DNA of 64,000 bases from Octopus sinensis. Its lineage: Eukaryota. Below the pieces are notes generated by a model. That model saw only the letters and a list, made by a program, of their open reading frames with translations, did not search any database and was not told the origin of the DNA. How positions within the stretch are numbered: position 1 is the first letter of the stretch; every line of letters begins with the position of its first letter. The translations under genes and the position numbers were made by a program. Positions 60,559 through 64,000 of the stretch are shown here, piece by piece. The stretch spans positions 63,116,001 through 63,180,000 of the forward strand of contig NC_043005.1 of the NCBI RefSeq assembly GCF_006345805.1, read 5' to 3'.

Positions 60559-60680
60559 AATGGTTTTGCACCCATAAAGCGCTTAGGTTTAAAGACAACT
60601 TGTCAAACTCTAATGCTCTTGGCCATTAGAGTCTGACCAGCCACCTAGAAAGCTAAGCACTTTATGGATCCAAAACCATT
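60559..60680. repeat. 122-bp near-continuous foldback (hairpin/MITE-like)
   Basis: 32-bp outer arms (28/32 complementary) plus inner GTCA-ACTCTAATG / CATTAGAGT-TGAC with an 8-nt loop. Confidence 0.8.
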
Positions 60681-61067
60681 GGTGGAGGCACTCCACCGGT
60701 TATGACGACGAGGGTTCCGGTTGATCCGAATCAACGGAACAGCCTGCTTGTGAAATTAACGTGTAAGTGGCTGAGCACTCCACAGACACGTGTACCCTTA
60801 ACGAAGTTCTCGGGGATATTCAGCGTAACACAGAGAGTGACAAGGCTGGCCCTTTGAAATACAGGTACAACAGAAACAGGAAGTAAGAGTGAGAGAAAGT
60901 TGTGGTGAAAGAGTACAGCAGGGATCACCACCATCCCCTGCCGAAGCCTCGTGGAGCTTTAGGTGTTTTCGCTCAATAAACACTCACAACGCCCGGTCTG
61001 GGAATCGAAACCGCGATCCTATGACCGTGAGTCCGCTGCCCTAACCACTGGGCCATTGCGCCTCCAC
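60681..61067 (-). mobile_element. tRNA-derived SINE family E, well conserved
   Basis: GGAGGCGCAATGGCCCAGTGGTTAGGGC..GGTTTCGATTCCC head; CpG-rich ~390-bp body. Confidence 0.85.
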
Positions 61068-61204
61068 GCATAACCATTAGTCACTTTATGACTGGACATT
61101 TATTTAGCTTCATGTAAATATATTACTGCTTTAATTTTTAGTGTGGTTCTTTTTTGGATATATGATCCACTGACAATATGAATATGTATGTATGTATATA
61201 TATA

Positions 61205-62012
61205 TGTATATAGTTGGAATTTACAAAAAAAAAACTAAACAAAAGACAAAGATGAGTGTGTAAACAACAAACAGATATATTACTTTAATGCTTGGGAAGT
61301 GAGAAAGTATTTTATGTTTTGAGCCTACACTCTTCAACAGGAAGGAACACAGAAATAAGCAGAGAGAGAAAACGAAAAAGGTTTAGTAGTTAGCAATCAA
61401 TTATGGCGAATGCCAGACAGAACAGCTAGGAACAAGGGGAGATAATATAGTGGTGGTGATCCCAAAATGAAGGTGTGTGTGTGTGTGTATGTGAGAGCGT
61501 GTATGTGCATGTGGATAGGGGCTGGTGACTTTGACGTGTGCATGTGGGCATGTGTAGGTGTATGGATCATAGTGTGAGTGCTGGTAAGTGGTTAGTGCTA
61601 GTGTGTGCAGGGTGGTGTGATGTGGTGTAGTGTGGTAGTGTGGTGTGGTGGTGTTAGTGTGTGGGGGAGGCAAGGGTGAGGTGTGGATTGGGGTGATGGT
61701 GGGAGTAAGGATGGGGTATGTGGGAGTGGAATATGTGGTATGGGATGGGGGTGGGATGGGATATATAGGGATGGTAGTTTGGAATGTGTATGGGTTGCTT
61801 AACAATAGAAGGGTAACGATGAAGGGAGACAGTGGACAGGAGAAGGTGGGTAGGAGCGAGGAGAGGAAGTAGGTGTCAGAGCAAGAGAGGAGAGGAGAGG
61901 TGGGTGGGAGTGAAGGGAGGAGAGTTGGCACAAAGGAGTGAAGAGGGAAGATTAATTGCTGTTCACAGGGAAGACAGTAGTCAGGATAGCCCCTGTGCGA
62001 GGACAATCTGAA
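61205..62012 (-). mobile_element. 5'-truncated PLE family 2: GIY-YIG C-terminal remnant, microsatellite-rich 3' UTR, decayed HHR (61308-61345), TA end
   Basis: 62012-61925 reads RLSSHRGYPDYCLPCEQQLIFPLHSFVP, like the PLE EN ending (R..REQ.LIF.L....P). The terminus matches 47430-47625. Confidence 0.6.
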
Positions 62013-62039
62013 CATACACACATACACACACACACATTC

Positions 62040-62455
62040 TTTTCTTTTTCTTTTAATTGTTTCAGTCATTTCACTGCGGCCATGTTGGAGCACCGCCTTT
62101 AGTCAAATCAAATCGTCTCCAGGACTTATTCTTTGTAAGCCTAGTACTTATTCTATCGGTCTCTTTTGCCAAACTGCTAAGTTACGGGGACCTAAACACA
62201 CCAGCATCGGTTGAAAGGGATGTTGGGGGAACAAACACAGAAACACAACATATACACACACATACACATATATATTTACATATATGCGACGTGCTCTTCT
62301 TTCAGTTTCCGTCTATCAAATCCACTCACAAGGCTTTGGTCAGCACAAAGCTATAGTAGAAAACACTTGCCCAAGGTGCCATGCAGTGGGACTGCACCCA
62401 GAACCATGTAGTTGGTAATCAAGCTACTTACCACACACCCACTGCTGCACGCCTA
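62040..62455 (-). mobile_element. SINE family A, full length
   Basis: Reverse-complement match to 8246-8668. Confidence 0.88.
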
Positions 62456-62459
62456 TGTA

Positions 62460-62501
<42 letters not shown>

Positions 62502-62702
62502 CTTCTGTTTAGATAATGTGAAACTCAGATATTCTAGAGTCTCTAATGAAAGCACTCAATTATTCTTTAAAATATCTGCTTACAGAAATACATCAATTAA
62601 TATATCGATATCATGATGATGCAAGCCTGTTAATTACTTTGAAAATGAATGAAAAGATATTTGTTAATGTACAACTTAAATAAACTTCTATATAATTTAT
62701 TT

Positions 62703-63090
62703 AGGCACAGCTGTATGGTAAAAATTTTGCTTCCCAATCACATGGTTCCATGTTCAGTTCCACTTTGTGACGCCTTGCATTATTGTCTTCTACTATAGCT
62801 TCAGGCCAACCAAATCCTTGTGAGTGGATTTGGTAAACAGAAAGTGAAAGAAGACTGTTGTAGATATATACTATGTGAGTGTGTCTTTGTGCTTGTGTTT
62901 GTCGCCGACCACTGCTTGACAAACAGTGTTGGTTTGTTTACATCTCTGTTATTTAGTAGTTCGGCAGATGAAACAGAATAAGTACCAGGCTTGAGAAAAT
63001 AGGTACTGTGGTCAATTCGTTTGGCAAAAATCTTTCAAGGTGGTATCCCAGCTTGGTCATACTCCTGTTGCTGAAGTAAAGAAAAGGTGA
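62703..63090 (+). mobile_element. SINE family A, older degenerate copy
   Basis: GGCACAGCTGTATGGTAA..GTTCAGTTCC..CCTTGTGAGTGGATTTGG. Confidence 0.7.
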
Positions 63091-63229
63091 CAGGCAATTT
63101 ATGGATGAAAGTATCACTGCATTTTTAGTGGCAAGAATGGGAAGGTTGAATCTTCTGGGATGCAAAAAAAGAATTTCATTTGAAGAGAGTCACACTTTTT
63201 ATTTTATTTATTTATTTATTTGCCATATA

Positions 63230-63610
63230 TAGGCATAGGAGTGGCTGTGTGGTAAGTAGCTTGCTTACCTACCAAATGGTTCTGGGTTCAGTCCCACTGC
63301 GTGGCACCTTGGGCAAGTGTCTTCTTCTATAGCCTCGGGCTGACCAAAGCCTTGTGAGTGGATTTGATAGACAGAAACTGAAAGAAGCCCGTTGTTATAT
63401 GTATATATATATATATCTACATATGTGTATATGTTTGCGTGTCTGTGTTTGTCCCCCTAACATCGCTTAACAACTGATGCAGTTTGTCAAAAGAGACCGA
63501 TAGAAAAAGTACTAGGCTTACAAAAAATAAGTCCTGGGGTCGATTTGATTCGACTAAAGGCGGTGCTCCAGCATAGCCGCAGTGAAATGACTCAAACAAG
63601 TAAAGAGAGT
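63230..63610 (+). mobile_element. SINE family A with internal deletion
   Basis: AGGCATAGGAGTGGCTGTGTGG..CTCCAGCATAGCCGCAG..AAACAAGTAAAGAG. Confidence 0.85.
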
Positions 63611-64000
63611 ATACAGCTTTTAACTGTGAAATTCAAGTGGCAAAGTATGAAAGTCTATGGTAAAGACCCTTGCTCGGAGTTCTGCATTATGGGAATGAAC
63701 TCAGAACCAAGTGAACGTGAAGCAACCTTCTAAACCATTTGACCATCATTCCGGTACCCATTTATTTTGAATTATTTACTACTGAAGGCAATAACTAGAA
63801 CATTAAAGATTGAGAATACTGAGCATGAAAGCACTGGTGTTCTTTACATGGAATGCAATTGCAACTTTGATATGGCAATAAGTCTGTATGAAACAGGAAT
63901 GGCAATGCAAACTTTCTATTATAAGCTGAACTGATTAGAAAGAACATTCAGTTGTATAATCGTGAAGGTAAAGAACAATGAATGCATTAGATTGAATCTT

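Noticed and set aside
60681-60697. Perfect hairpin GGTGGAG-GCA-CTCCACC and apparent 10-bp TIRs around SINE E
   Set aside because: Short, at the SINE 3' junction, and explainable by chance; the element has a clear tRNA head.
60990-61067. tRNA-like sequence (also heads at 8246, 9820, 46321)
   Set aside because: A and B boxes are present but there is no paired acceptor stem, and each continues into a SINE body; not tRNA genes.
62525-62660. GTCT-CTAATGA-AAGCACTCAATT resembling the 57280 hammerhead start
   Set aside because: No convincing GAAAC..GUH and stem I 3' strand downstream.

Overview
An AT-rich, microsatellite-dense eukaryotic window made almost entirely of transposable-element debris. 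The SINE families and repeat density look like a coleoid cephalopod, probably Octopus (inference, no database check). No complete host gene, rRNA, tRNA or CRISPR array is supportable, and only four weak exon candidates were found. Mobile elements recognised: Penelope-like elements (PLEs, with GIY-YIG remnants), a Ty3/Gypsy LTR element nested in a mariner, further Tc1/mariner and hAT remnants and MITEs, a non-autonomous Helitron, R4/Dong-type, Tx1/L1-type, CR1-type and RTE-type LINE fragments, and several tRNA-derived SINE families. The most notable signal is about ten type-I hammerhead ribozyme (HHR) motifs of several sequence types, three with fully intact catalytic cores. All have a tiny stem III that is palindromic or one or two changes from palindromic. 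Several have unusually long stem II hairpins, and most sit shortly upstream of a (TA)n tract. Two occur in elements with inverted terminal arms whose breakpoints map at the ribozyme, including a ~430-bp non-coding foldback element. Most ORFs in the supplied track are microsatellite artefacts. SINE and LINE boundaries are approximate (about 10-30 bp).
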